A stretch of 64,000 nt of DNA from Oscillospiraceae bacterium (GTDB taxonomy: Bacteria > Bacillota > Clostridia > Oscillospirales > Oscillospiraceae), in contig WRNV01000004.1 of assembly GCA_009776445.1 (NCBI GenBank), positions 427 through 64,426 of the forward strand. Direction: 5' to 3'. Positions 45,501 to 54,282 of this stretch are shown here, in pieces (the first letter of the stretch is position 1; every line of letters starts with the position of its first letter). Position numbers and translations under genes: made by a program. The notes under the pieces were generated by a model, which saw only the letters and a program-made list of their open reading frames with translations, made no database searches and was not told where the DNA came from.

Positions 45501-46345
45501 AGTTTCTTCCCTCTTCCGTAGGTCTTCCTGAGTCGGATGAACAGCTTCGCCAATATCACCAAAATCGCTGGTACTATCAACAGGAGCGATGCCCTTGCGC
45601 CTTTAAGGACGCGCGCGTCTGATATTATTCGCGTAGGCCCTTTATATGACGCATCGTCTTCATCGTTGTCGACTCGATGCCCTCGCACAAGCAACCTATG
45701 TGTGTTGATCCCGATAGGCGTGCATGTGACTAGCGTACAATAATCCGCGCCCGATACAATGGCTAAAGCAGAAGTCTCGTTCGGCAAAACGGTCACAATC
45801 TGATCGACCCTATATGTCAGCTTCTCACTCAAGACCGTTACTGAAAACTTATCGCCGATGATAACGCGATCCATGTTCGTCAGCAATGTCGACGACGGTA
45901 ACCCTCTATGTCCGGTGATCACCGCGTGCGTCCCGGGGCCGCCGACCGGGAGGGACGAGCCTTCCAGATGTCCAAGGCCCGCTTGCAGTGAGCCTTCCCC
46001 GGTTCCATGGTAAATAGGGAGCCTAATGTTTATTACCTCGATCTCCAGCATCCCCATAACGCCCAGCCCGCTTGGGTCGAGCAGTCCCATATACTCATCC
46101 ATCTCTTCTTGCGACATTATGAAACGATTAGGTTTTCGCGACAATCCTTCATTATACTCGCGAGCGGCTTCGAGATACCCGGTATAGTCCCGTTCGCTTA
46201 GGTTCTCAACAGCCTTGCTATACTGCTCGACCGTACGCACATGCCTTTGAGAGTTATAGTAGTCGCTGACAGCGGGATAAATGAGAACAGATAAGCCTAC
46301 GATAAAAATCACAACGAAAACCGCGATTGCCAGTACCCTGCTCAT
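45497..46345 (-). CDS. Class C (pilin-polymerising) sortase
   Basis: N- and C-terminal TM segments. VITGHRG. YCTLVTCTP. THRLLVRGHR. Confidence 0.85.
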   Translation of the reverse strand: MSRVLAIAVFVVIFIVGLSVLIYPAVSDYYNSQRHVRTVEQYSKAVENLSERDYTGYLEAAREYNEGLSRKPNRFIMSQEEMDEYMGLLDPSGLGVMGMLEIEVINIRLPIYHGTGEGSLQAGLGHLEGSSLPVGGPGTHAVITGHRGLPSSTLLTNMDRVIIGDKFSVTVLSEKLTYRVDQIVTVLPNETSALAIVSGADYCTLVTCTPIGINTHRLLVRGHRVDNDEDDASYKGPTRIISDARVLKGARASLLLIVPAILVILAKLFIRLRKTYGRGKKL

Positions 46346-46442
46346 CTAATTCCCCCTGCCGCTACCCCGGAGCGTAGGGATGCCTATGTTCCGGGGCTGC
46401 GGCATACCAATTGAGATAACGCGCGCGCAATGATTCCCGCGC

Positions 46443-48227
46443 TTAATCTATAACGATCTTTCTTTTCTTGCGGGCGGATATGACAACTAACCCAACTACA
46501 GCGAGTCCCATCAAAGCCACGCCACCTACGAAGAAGATCGTGCGACCAGCGCCACCAGTCTTCGGGAACTCAGGCCCGCCACTGTTTGGAACCCAAAACG
46601 CGCCAGGCAAAGGCTGCCAATCAAGATCAATCACATCATACCCGTTCAAATACCAATCCGGTAACTGCGTACCATCATCTATTCCATCATATACACATTC
46701 AATCATTACTTGTACTTTAATATCTTCTTCGGGTAAGAAGAATCCTTCTGGAGCTTCAAGCTCTACGAGCCAATAAATACCAAGTTTGTCGTTGACTGGA
46801 GTAGGCCTACCACGATACGCCTCAAATCCAGCGCCGAGACCTACTATTCTCACCTCTCCATTTTCCGGCGTTACAAATTGATCTATAGCACCCGGAGTAC
46901 CGCTGGGCACAACCTTGTATACATTTGGCCCTGTGCCACTTTCGCCTACAACAGGCCCAGCAATAGGTAAAAGTGAAATCTTATCGCCTAATCCACCAGT
47001 GCCGTCATCATTATACAACTCAAATTTCGCTTTCGCTAGTAGTACCGATGGTTTGCCTAATTCATATTTTACTATTTCAAGCACACCAGTATACGCTCTA
47101 ACTCTCTTCCTCGGTGTTCTATTAGTCTTATTCTCATAATCACCCCAACCGTAGGGGTTATTACTATACTCCAGATAGACGTCATTGGGATTCCCATCTT
47201 CCTCGATTATCGCGTCCTCGTTGAGTATAGCGGAACAGTATATATAGATTTCATCACCAGGCGTATAATCAACAAACACTGTTGGTACAAACACAATATC
47301 TATTAGAGCGTTGCCATCAGCATCTGGACCACCAACTGTAACGTTATAGTCGGTACCCAGTGTCAATTTTCTGCCATTACCATTACCATCATCTGCCTTT
47401 GTGCCGCCAAGGTAAACCTCTATATCGTTGTTGAAAGTTAAGCCCTTACTCATTTCGTCATGCACCGTAAACAAATATCCGCCTTTAAGCACTTTGTAAC
47501 CAGGCATTTCCGGTACTTTGGATACAATCCGGAAATCGACAGTGTCGCCGATAGATGTATCGTCCCACTTCATCCATTCACCTTCATGGCGATTCCAGAT
47601 TTCCTTGTCAATAGTCGGAACATCTGCTTTTAGATTTATAACAGCGCCAGGGAGCAAATCAGTAATAGTCGCAAGAATATGGACGGGATTGACCGCACTT
47701 TTATCATCCGCTGAATATCCACTTCCAACTATCAAATAGTACCCATTATCGAGTCCTTCAAATTTTACTTGTGTCGGTGGAGTGCCTGTGTATATAGGGC
47801 TTGTAGGAACCGGTGTAATCGAATTAGTCGCAACATACTGACTTAATAAATCAGTCAACTTTATCATGTCATCTGCTGATGGTGTATTCAGTGAGTGGTC
47901 TGGGTTGCTCGGGAGACCAACAAGGTAGTCACGAAGCGACTTTTGTCCCGCTCCTGTTCCTATTCCCAATGCGCTATCACTAAAACCACTAAATGCAGGA
48001 TCAATTATATATGCGTATCTGTCGTCTTCCGGGCTGTTTTCACCTGATATCGTGCTGACACTAAAAACCTTGTACAACCTGAATGTCTGTCCCTCTAGTG
48101 TAAGGTCCGGTGGTGCGTTTATGGTGATTGATCTGCCTACATCCGCGCTGGCCGTTAAGCTTACCGATAAGGTCACGGCAACAGCAATCGCCATTATTAT
48201 GGCTAAAATCCTTTTACTCCTCTTCAT
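46443..48227 (-). CDS. Major pilin (SpaA-type isopeptide-forming fimbrial subunit)
   Basis: Strong RBS AAAGGAGG. Signal peptide. E-box-like YWLVELEAPEGF. Sorting signal FPKTGG plus TM plus RKKRK. Confidence 0.8.
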   Translation of the reverse strand: MKRSKRILAIIMAIAVAVTLSVSLTASADVGRSITINAPPDLTLEGQTFRLYKVFSVSTISGENSPEDDRYAYIIDPAFSGFSDSALGIGTGAGQKSLRDYLVGLPSNPDHSLNTPSADDMIKLTDLLSQYVATNSITPVPTSPIYTGTPPTQVKFEGLDNGYYLIVGSGYSADDKSAVNPVHILATITDLLPGAVINLKADVPTIDKEIWNRHEGEWMKWDDTSIGDTVDFRIVSKVPEMPGYKVLKGGYLFTVHDEMSKGLTFNNDIEVYLGGTKADDGNGNGRKLTLGTDYNVTVGGPDADGNALIDIVFVPTVFVDYTPGDEIYIYCSAILNEDAIIEEDGNPNDVYLEYSNNPYGWGDYENKTNRTPRKRVRAYTGVLEIVKYELGKPSVLLAKAKFELYNDDGTGGLGDKISLLPIAGPVVGESGTGPNVYKVVPSGTPGAIDQFVTPENGEVRIVGLGAGFEAYRGRPTPVNDKLGIYWLVELEAPEGFFLPEEDIKVQVMIECVYDGIDDGTQLPDWYLNGYDVIDLDWQPLPGAFWVPNSGGPEFPKTGGAGRTIFFVGGVALMGLAVVGLVVISARKKRKIVID

Positions 48228-48340
48228 TGCTATATATTCCTCCTTTAATATAATTACACAAAATTTAATGCCGAGTTAAACAAACGCTGGTTCTGAGCTG
48301 AGGTGTTGCTAGTTGCGTTGAGGGGGGTCCAGTATCCGGC

Positions 48341-50992
48341 TTATTCTCTCTTTCGGCAAATATACCACCTCTTTCTGGTTCGTTTTCCGATCAGAGACAA
48401 AAGCCGCGCTCTGCTTTCGTCGTTTATGCCCTGCCGAACCGGTCTGACGCTATGCGCGAAGAACAGCGACAAAGAGGCCAGTATGAGCATAGCGCCTGTG
48501 ATCAGATACAAATCGCTCCCGAAACCAAACGTTCTCGGCAATTCGATCGTAGTGAATAAGTTCCTAAACCCCAGCTTACCATTGCCAACCGTTAGCGAAG
48601 CCTTGAGTTTTACAAACTCGGCAGTGCCAGTTATTAGATGCTGAAATATCTTTAAATCCGGGTTTTTTTCATCATCATTGGCAGATAAATACGCTCCTCT
48701 AATGCTTCCTCCTATGAGGAAGTAATTCAGCTCGTCCGAGAGTTCAAACGTCACCGGATTTACATTGTTTTGGTCAATTTGGACATAAAACGTGCCGCCC
48801 ATACCAACTGAATCGCCCGACGTTATCTCTTGCGAATACACACCACCACTGTACTGTCTATACACCTTTACAGCATTGTTATCCCAATTGAGTAGTAATT
48901 CAGGCAACTTTGGATCATAACCCAAGTAACCAATTGCCAACTTGCCTGAAGTGGCGCTATCCGCATCGTATACCAAATCCAGCGCGGTTATGCTCTTTCC
49001 GGCTTCGGTAAGCCTATACGCAGCCATCAATTTTTTTATTGTATCAAGTACACTATCGAAATGATCTAAATAATCCTTTCCAGAACCACCATGTGCTCTG
49101 TCGTAGTTTGCCGCTTTCGCCCTAAATAAATTATATCTAATAGATTCCTGTATAAACGTTTCAGATGCATTTTCAAACCAAATAAGATACTGGATTAAGC
49201 CTCTACGCAAGTCTTCAGTTATTTCGCCAGGTTCAAACCCAAACAAAGTGTTAAACTCATCATCACTAAGTTGCGCCCCGTGTCTTATTTCCTGATCAAA
49301 CAAAGAAAACAGTAATGCAAATTCAGCATATTCATCATCATCATCAAAAATCATATGATAATAATAGCCAGAATCAGGAAATATACCATCCATTTCAGCG
49401 CAAAGTGCATCAAATTCACCAAAAGTCTCGTCTAAACTATTCATGATAAATATTGATATAGGGGCATCATCAAAATGTACTCTATTTTTATCTACCGAGA
49501 AAATTTTATAATCCATATAACCGGGAGGCCCCGGCACCAACGGCCTGTACAGATTCGGATTCGGTTTGCGCGCGTGGTATGACTTCGTAGCCACGCCATT
49601 TACTATGATCGCTTCCGTCGATCCGTCGTCTTTCTTAATCTCCGCGACAACATCGCCGTTTGATTCAACCGTTACGGTGACCGTATACCTATTTGAGTCG
49701 TATATCCACTCTTCACCGGCGGTGCTATATACCTCTTCGATGGTGTATACATACGGGCTTGCGCCGCTGCTTTCGTAAATCGGTATTGTTATTGTGACTT
49801 CGGCGCTGATTCCGCCATTAAAATCATCGTACTCTATATTAACACTCTCAACATCTTCTCCATCCGAGTCTTTTACTAAGAACTGGAAGAAGTAATTTCC
49901 ACCGCCCGCTTTCGCTCTGCCCAGGGCTTCTAAAGCGTCTTCGCCGTCAATGTATTTGGTGATCGGTATCGTTACGGTAGTAATAAGAGCGTCCCCATTC
50001 GGGCTGGGTCCTCTACCGACGCCGAATGGTTTTACGGTATTGACCGGTTCTTCCTCGACTTCCTCCTCTTCGGCGGGTTCCTCCTCCATTTCTTCTTCTG
50101 AAGGTTCTTCCGTATCGATCGCGGCTTCTTCTTCGTCCGGAGCTTCTGAAGCGGGCGTTTCGGGGACTTCTATATCCGTCTCTTCCGTGTTGTCCGCGTC
50201 ATTCGAGGCGGCGGGTTTCTTGTTGCCCTGAGCCACGTCGGTTTCCGAATCGGGCGTTTCGGCGTCAGTCATTTCGGAATCGGGCACTTCGGCGTCAGTC
50301 GTTTTCTCAGCGTCAACAACCGGCGTGTCTGGGTCCACTACCGCTTCACCTGTTTCTTTGCTGGAATCCGCAGGTTCGTTTTGGTTATCCTTCGAATCCT
50401 GTGCCAGAATAGGTTCTCCGCTGTTATCACTCTTTCCTCTACTATTGTTATTGTCGCTTCTAACGACATTATTACTATTATTGTTGCTGCTAGTATTCTC
50501 ATAGCAGCTCGCGCTGTGCGTGTGTTCTTCCAGTCCGCATATGAGCTTCGGATAATAGCATTCATCCGTGTGCCAGTGCGCTTCTATCCCCGCTTCTTCA
50601 TCGCCTTCAGTCTCTTCAAGGCCGCATGTCAGTTCCATCTCCGTATAGTAACACGCATCCGAATGCGTATGGGGTTCGGCTTCGGCTATGTCGCATATCA
50701 GGTTGTCGTCCCCGTCATAGCAGTCCACTGTGTGCGTATGCCCTTCGGTTTCTTCTAAACCGCATATAAGCTCAGGTTGGCTGTAACATAATAATTCATC
50801 GTGGATATGCTCCTGCAAGCCGCAAATCAATTGTTTATCATATGAAAGCCCAATTTGAGACAGAGCGAAGTAGGCAGAGGCGGCGACGATAAGCCCCACC
50901 AGAACCGTCATGCCAAACTTCCGCTTCCCTTTCTTGCGGAGCATGCCTCTCTGTATGGAACGTATGGTTTGTCGCGAATTATACACTCTCAT
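48341..50992 (-). CDS. 883-aa pilus-locus protein: N-terminal TM, five Cys/His repeats, acidic low-complexity region, large globular domain, C-terminal LPRTFG-like signal (candidate tip adhesin)
   Basis: RBS GAGGTAG. Position is upstream of the major pilin. The function is inferred from position only. Confidence 0.55.
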   Translation of the reverse strand: MRVYNSRQTIRSIQRGMLRKKGKRKFGMTVLVGLIVAASAYFALSQIGLSYDKQLICGLQEHIHDELLCYSQPELICGLEETEGHTHTVDCYDGDDNLICDIAEAEPHTHSDACYYTEMELTCGLEETEGDEEAGIEAHWHTDECYYPKLICGLEEHTHSASCYENTSSNNNSNNVVRSDNNNSRGKSDNSGEPILAQDSKDNQNEPADSSKETGEAVVDPDTPVVDAEKTTDAEVPDSEMTDAETPDSETDVAQGNKKPAASNDADNTEETDIEVPETPASEAPDEEEAAIDTEEPSEEEMEEEPAEEEEVEEEPVNTVKPFGVGRGPSPNGDALITTVTIPITKYIDGEDALEALGRAKAGGGNYFFQFLVKDSDGEDVESVNIEYDDFNGGISAEVTITIPIYESSGASPYVYTIEEVYSTAGEEWIYDSNRYTVTVTVESNGDVVAEIKKDDGSTEAIIVNGVATKSYHARKPNPNLYRPLVPGPPGYMDYKIFSVDKNRVHFDDAPISIFIMNSLDETFGEFDALCAEMDGIFPDSGYYYHMIFDDDDEYAEFALLFSLFDQEIRHGAQLSDDEFNTLFGFEPGEITEDLRRGLIQYLIWFENASETFIQESIRYNLFRAKAANYDRAHGGSGKDYLDHFDSVLDTIKKLMAAYRLTEAGKSITALDLVYDADSATSGKLAIGYLGYDPKLPELLLNWDNNAVKVYRQYSGGVYSQEITSGDSVGMGGTFYVQIDQNNVNPVTFELSDELNYFLIGGSIRGAYLSANDDEKNPDLKIFQHLITGTAEFVKLKASLTVGNGKLGFRNLFTTIELPRTFGFGSDLYLITGAMLILASLSLFFAHSVRPVRQGINDESRARLLSLIGKRTRKRWYICRKRE

Positions 50993-51014
50993 GATTGCAA
51001 CTACCTCACGGATC

Positions 51015-51626
51015 CTATTTTACTAAGCCTACCCTGTCCAGTGGCCAGATTCTGATTATCGTTTTCCCTATGATCCCGTCCCCATGGACAGTCCCAAAAT
51101 CCAGTAGGCGGCTGTCCATCGAAGCGGCTCTGTTATCTCCCATGACAAAAAACTGTTTGTCCGGCACCTGGATAGGAAACTCTAAATCACAATCGCCAAA
51201 ACTCGTGTTTTCCAGATACGGTTCGTCCAGTAATGTTCCATCTACATACACCGAACCATCCCGATCTATATCTACAAATTCGCCGGCAGTGGCGATTACT
51301 CTTTTAAGCAGGGTTTGGTTGCCAAGGTGGAACGCTATGATGTCTCCCCTCCTGACGCTTCCAAGCGCGAACAATACGATCTGTTCTCCGTCGCGCAATG
51401 TCGGCGACATGCTTCCCCTTTGAACCTGCACAGTTGGAAACAACAATGTTACCAACAATACCGCTGCTGCCGCGAATACTACCAACGTCCTTATCGCTTT
51501 GAAGATCGAGCCCCTTACTTCCGCCGCAAGTTCCCTTCGCCTTAATTCCACTTCAATCTGCTCGCTCGTCAAGCCAATCCCTTTTCTTGCCGGTTCTATT
51601 TTTACGGTTTCATCACTATCATTCAT
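51015..51626 (-). CDS. Signal peptidase I (LepB/SipA-type) encoded in the pilus locus
   Basis: Boxes GSMSPTL (Ser), RGDIIAF, LLKRVIATAGE (Lys) and FVMGDNRAASMDSR. Confidence 0.85.
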   Translation of the reverse strand: MNDSDETVKIEPARKGIGLTSEQIEVELRRRELAAEVRGSIFKAIRTLVVFAAAAVLLVTLLFPTVQVQRGSMSPTLRDGEQIVLFALGSVRRGDIIAFHLGNQTLLKRVIATAGEFVDIDRDGSVYVDGTLLDEPYLENTSFGDCDLEFPIQVPDKQFFVMGDNRAASMDSRLLDFGTVHGDGIIGKTIIRIWPLDRVGLVK

Positions 51627-52089
51627 TTGTGCGGCTACTTCCCGGAATCAGATACTCGATATCATTTTTCATGATCAGTTCCATTAATTCGTCTTTCAGC
51701 GCGGCTAAATTGTTTAGTTGATTATCAAACATCCTGAGCATATCCGTTACCAATCTTTCCAGTCGCGCTTTAGTCTCCGCATTTTTTAGCTCCAGTGTCC
51801 TTAGCGCGCGTTCTTTTGCTTCTTCTTCCAGCTTCGCAATTGATTCAAGTTTGTCCGCTTCTGCTTTTTGTATGCTATCTAGATACACGTCGGCGGCTTT
51901 CTGGGTGGCTTCCACGATCCCGCTTACAATTATCGACGCTTCCGCAAGTGAACCGGCTTGCTCCAAACAGAGCGCCCTTTCGGATAGTTTCGCGTTGTCC
52001 GCGCTCAGGCGTTCAAGCTCGACTTCCTGTTTGTGCAGCAGACTTAACAATTGCATTTTCGAAAGAGACCTTAGCTGCTTGTCAGTCAT
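51619..52089 (-). CDS. Coiled-coil protein (156 aa), first gene of the pilus operon
   Basis: Heptad-rich, highly charged sequence. Overlaps the signal peptidase start by 8 nt. Confidence 0.5.
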   Translation of the reverse strand: MTDKQLRSLSKMQLLSLLHKQEVELERLSADNAKLSERALCLEQAGSLAEASIIVSGIVEATQKAADVYLDSIQKAEADKLESIAKLEEEAKERALRTLELKNAETKARLERLVTDMLRMFDNQLNNLAALKDELMELIMKNDIEYLIPGSSRTNE

Positions 52090-52795
52090 AAGCTCATACC
52101 CTTACTCCGTTTTTCTGAGGCTTCTCTCTTCGAGCCTTTGATAATTGCGCGCATGCTTTTGCTTTGTGTTAAAGGCTCTTTCGTAGCTAAAATGCTTTTA
52201 TTTTCTCAAAATTCATTAGAATACAAGCTATTTTTGTTACTTTTTGTTACTTCTTCTGCTATTTTCACATGCTACACAGAGGAATGTTACTGTAATGCTT
52301 ACATTTTACTACATTTTCCCTCCAAAGTAATCTGTTTATGTTACACAGATTACAAACATGCTACATGTTCAAGATTATTGCCTTTGGCAACCCATGGCAA
52401 TTTTAGTGTGCTATGGTGATTATTTCGAATTATTGCATACTCCTTCATCATTTGTCAAGCTATTTTTTGGAAAAATACTGAATTCATTTCGCTCCAGTTT
52501 TATGCTGTTTTTTGCTCATATAACAAATTTTGGCACTTTTCTCAGTAAATAGACATATTGAACTGTTTTTTTCAATCCCTTATTTTGCAATGGTTTGAGA
52601 GCTTTTCCGTAAATATATTTACTAGAAGTTACAGTTTTTGAAAACTCTTGTTTTACAGTTTCTTTACAGTTTTTTTTGCGAAAAATATTCGATATACAAA
52701 AAATTAACAATTTGTTCACAATTTATTTGCCTGTTTCCATTGCGTTTCAGCTGCCGGAAGAGGCGCCAATTTATCAATCCAATAACTCCAAGCAA

Positions 52796-53185
52796 CTGTT
52801 CAGAAAGTATCCAGTAGCAATTAGCGTGTACTGATATTATATTTCGAATTATTCGAATATTTAATTAGCATCTGAAGTCTGGCCCTCTGCCCTCTTTAGC
52901 AAAGAGGGTGGCCCCGCAGGGCCGGGTGATTTGTTCCCCCGCAGGGCCGTTGGCGGTTGCTGTTCCTGTAGTCGCTACTATTCACTGGGTAGTCAGTAAC
53001 AATTCATGTGTGGTAATGCGCAGGAAACCGGAGTACTCCCCCTGTCGGCTACGCCGACATCCCCCTCTGAGAGGGAGACAACGTAAAACCAAAGCCTCCC
53101 GCTTTGAGTAGAGACGACACCAAAGCCATAGCCTCCCTCTTGGAGGGAGGTGCCGCAAAGCGACGGAGGGAGTCTACCTGAACAG
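52796..53185 (+). repeat. About 390-nt candidate long member of the CTGTTCAG/CTGAACAG element family, packed with GC-rich perfect hairpins
   Basis: The left end CTGTTCAGAAAGTATCCA matches copy A's CTGTTCAGAGGGTATCCA at 16/18. CTGAACAG occurs at 53178-53185. Internal hairpins CCCTCTTT-AGC-AAAGAGGG, GTCGGC-TAC-GCCGAC, CCCTC-TGA-GAGGG and CCTCCCTC-TTG-GAGGGAGG. Confidence 0.4.
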
Positions 53186-53199
53186 CAACGCAGCAATCG

Positions 53200-53228
53200 T
53201 TGACTTTATTGCTCAATTATGTTATCGT
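53200..53228 (+). promoter_or_regulatory. Candidate promoter TTGACT-17-TATCGT for the envelope-glycosylation cluster
   Basis: TTGACT at 53200-53205 and TATCGT at 53223-53228, 85 nt upstream of ATG 53313. Confidence 0.3.
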
Positions 53229-53312
53229 CTGATTGCTGATGAGGCAGTCCACCGTGAGGCAAAGGCAGCCAACACTTGATTAGTTCAATCTAATTCTTGG
53301 AAGTGAGAATAG

Positions 53313-54260
53313 ATGCCTGATACATTATATATAGTAGTCCCGTGCTATAACGAAGAAGCTGTGCTTCCCGAAACATCATCCAGGCTCCGCGACAAACTCC
53401 TGCGCATGATAAGCGCGGGGATCGTCGACGACAGCAGCAAAATCATGTTTGTCGACGACGGCAGCAAAGACAAAACCTGGGAAATCATAGAAGCCCTCCA
53501 TGATTCAGACGCGCTATACTCCGCCGTCAAACTCTCGCGCAATAAAGGCCACCAAAACGCGCTGATGGCCGGGATCATGACGGCGATGCGCCGCGCGGAC
53601 GTCACAATTTCCATAGACGCCGACCTCCAGGACGATATCGAATGCCTGGACGAATTCATACGCCAATACAACGACGGCTGCGACATTGTTTACGGAGTCA
53701 GGGGCGACAGGCCCAAAGACACAGCATTTAAAAAAGCGAGCGCCCAGACGTATTATAGGCTGCTCAAAATACTCGGCGTCAACGTTGTATTCAACCACGC
53801 CGATTACAGGCTTATGAGCAAGCGCGCCATGGAAGGGCTTGCGTCTTTCCGCGAAGTCAACCTATTTTTGCGGGGGATAGTCCCGCTCATCGGCTATAAA
53901 TCGGGGACGGTGACATACTCCAGGGGCGAGAGGTTTGCTGGGGAGTCTAAATACCCTCTAAAAAAGATGCTTGCGTTTGCCTGGGAAGGCGTCAGCTCTT
54001 TCAGCGTCCTTCCTATGCGGTTTATCACGATACTGGGCATTCTAACCTTCATCATCAGCCTGGGTTTCATGCTATACACATTCATCATGGCAATACTGCC
54101 TGGCAGGACAGTGCCGGGATGGTCAACCCTTATGATCTCTATTTGGCTGCTCGGCGGCCTTCAGCTTCTGGCGTTAGGAGTTATCGGCGAGTATATTGGA
54201 AAGATTTACAGCGAAATAAAGGACAGGCCTAAGTATATAATAGAAACAATACTTGAATGA
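53313..54260 (+). CDS. GT2 polyprenyl-phosphate glycosyltransferase (GtrB/CsbB-like) with two C-terminal TM helices
   Basis: IVVPCYNEE, VDDGSKD and DADLQD motifs, plus two C-terminal TM segments. Confidence 0.85.
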   Translation: MPDTLYIVVPCYNEEAVLPETSSRLRDKLLRMISAGIVDDSSKIMFVDDGSKDKTWEIIEALHDSDALYSAVKLSRNKGHQNALMAGIMTAMRRADVTISIDADLQDDIECLDEFIRQYNDGCDIVYGVRGDRPKDTAFKKASAQTYYRLLKILGVNVVFNHADYRLMSKRAMEGLASFREVNLFLRGIVPLIGYKSGTVTYSRGERFAGESKYPLKKMLAFAWEGVSSFSVLPMRFITILGILTFIISLGFMLYTFIMAILPGRTVPGWSTLMISIWLLGGLQLLALGVIGEYIGKIYSEIKDRPKYIIETILE

Positions 54261-54282
54261 TACTCTTATGAAAGGCGGCTGC

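Noticed and set aside
52908-53196. 67-aa ORFs on both strands of the GC-rich hairpin island
   Set aside because: They overlap each other, lack RBSs, and the sequence is dominated by perfect hairpins. It is more likely structural DNA or RNA.
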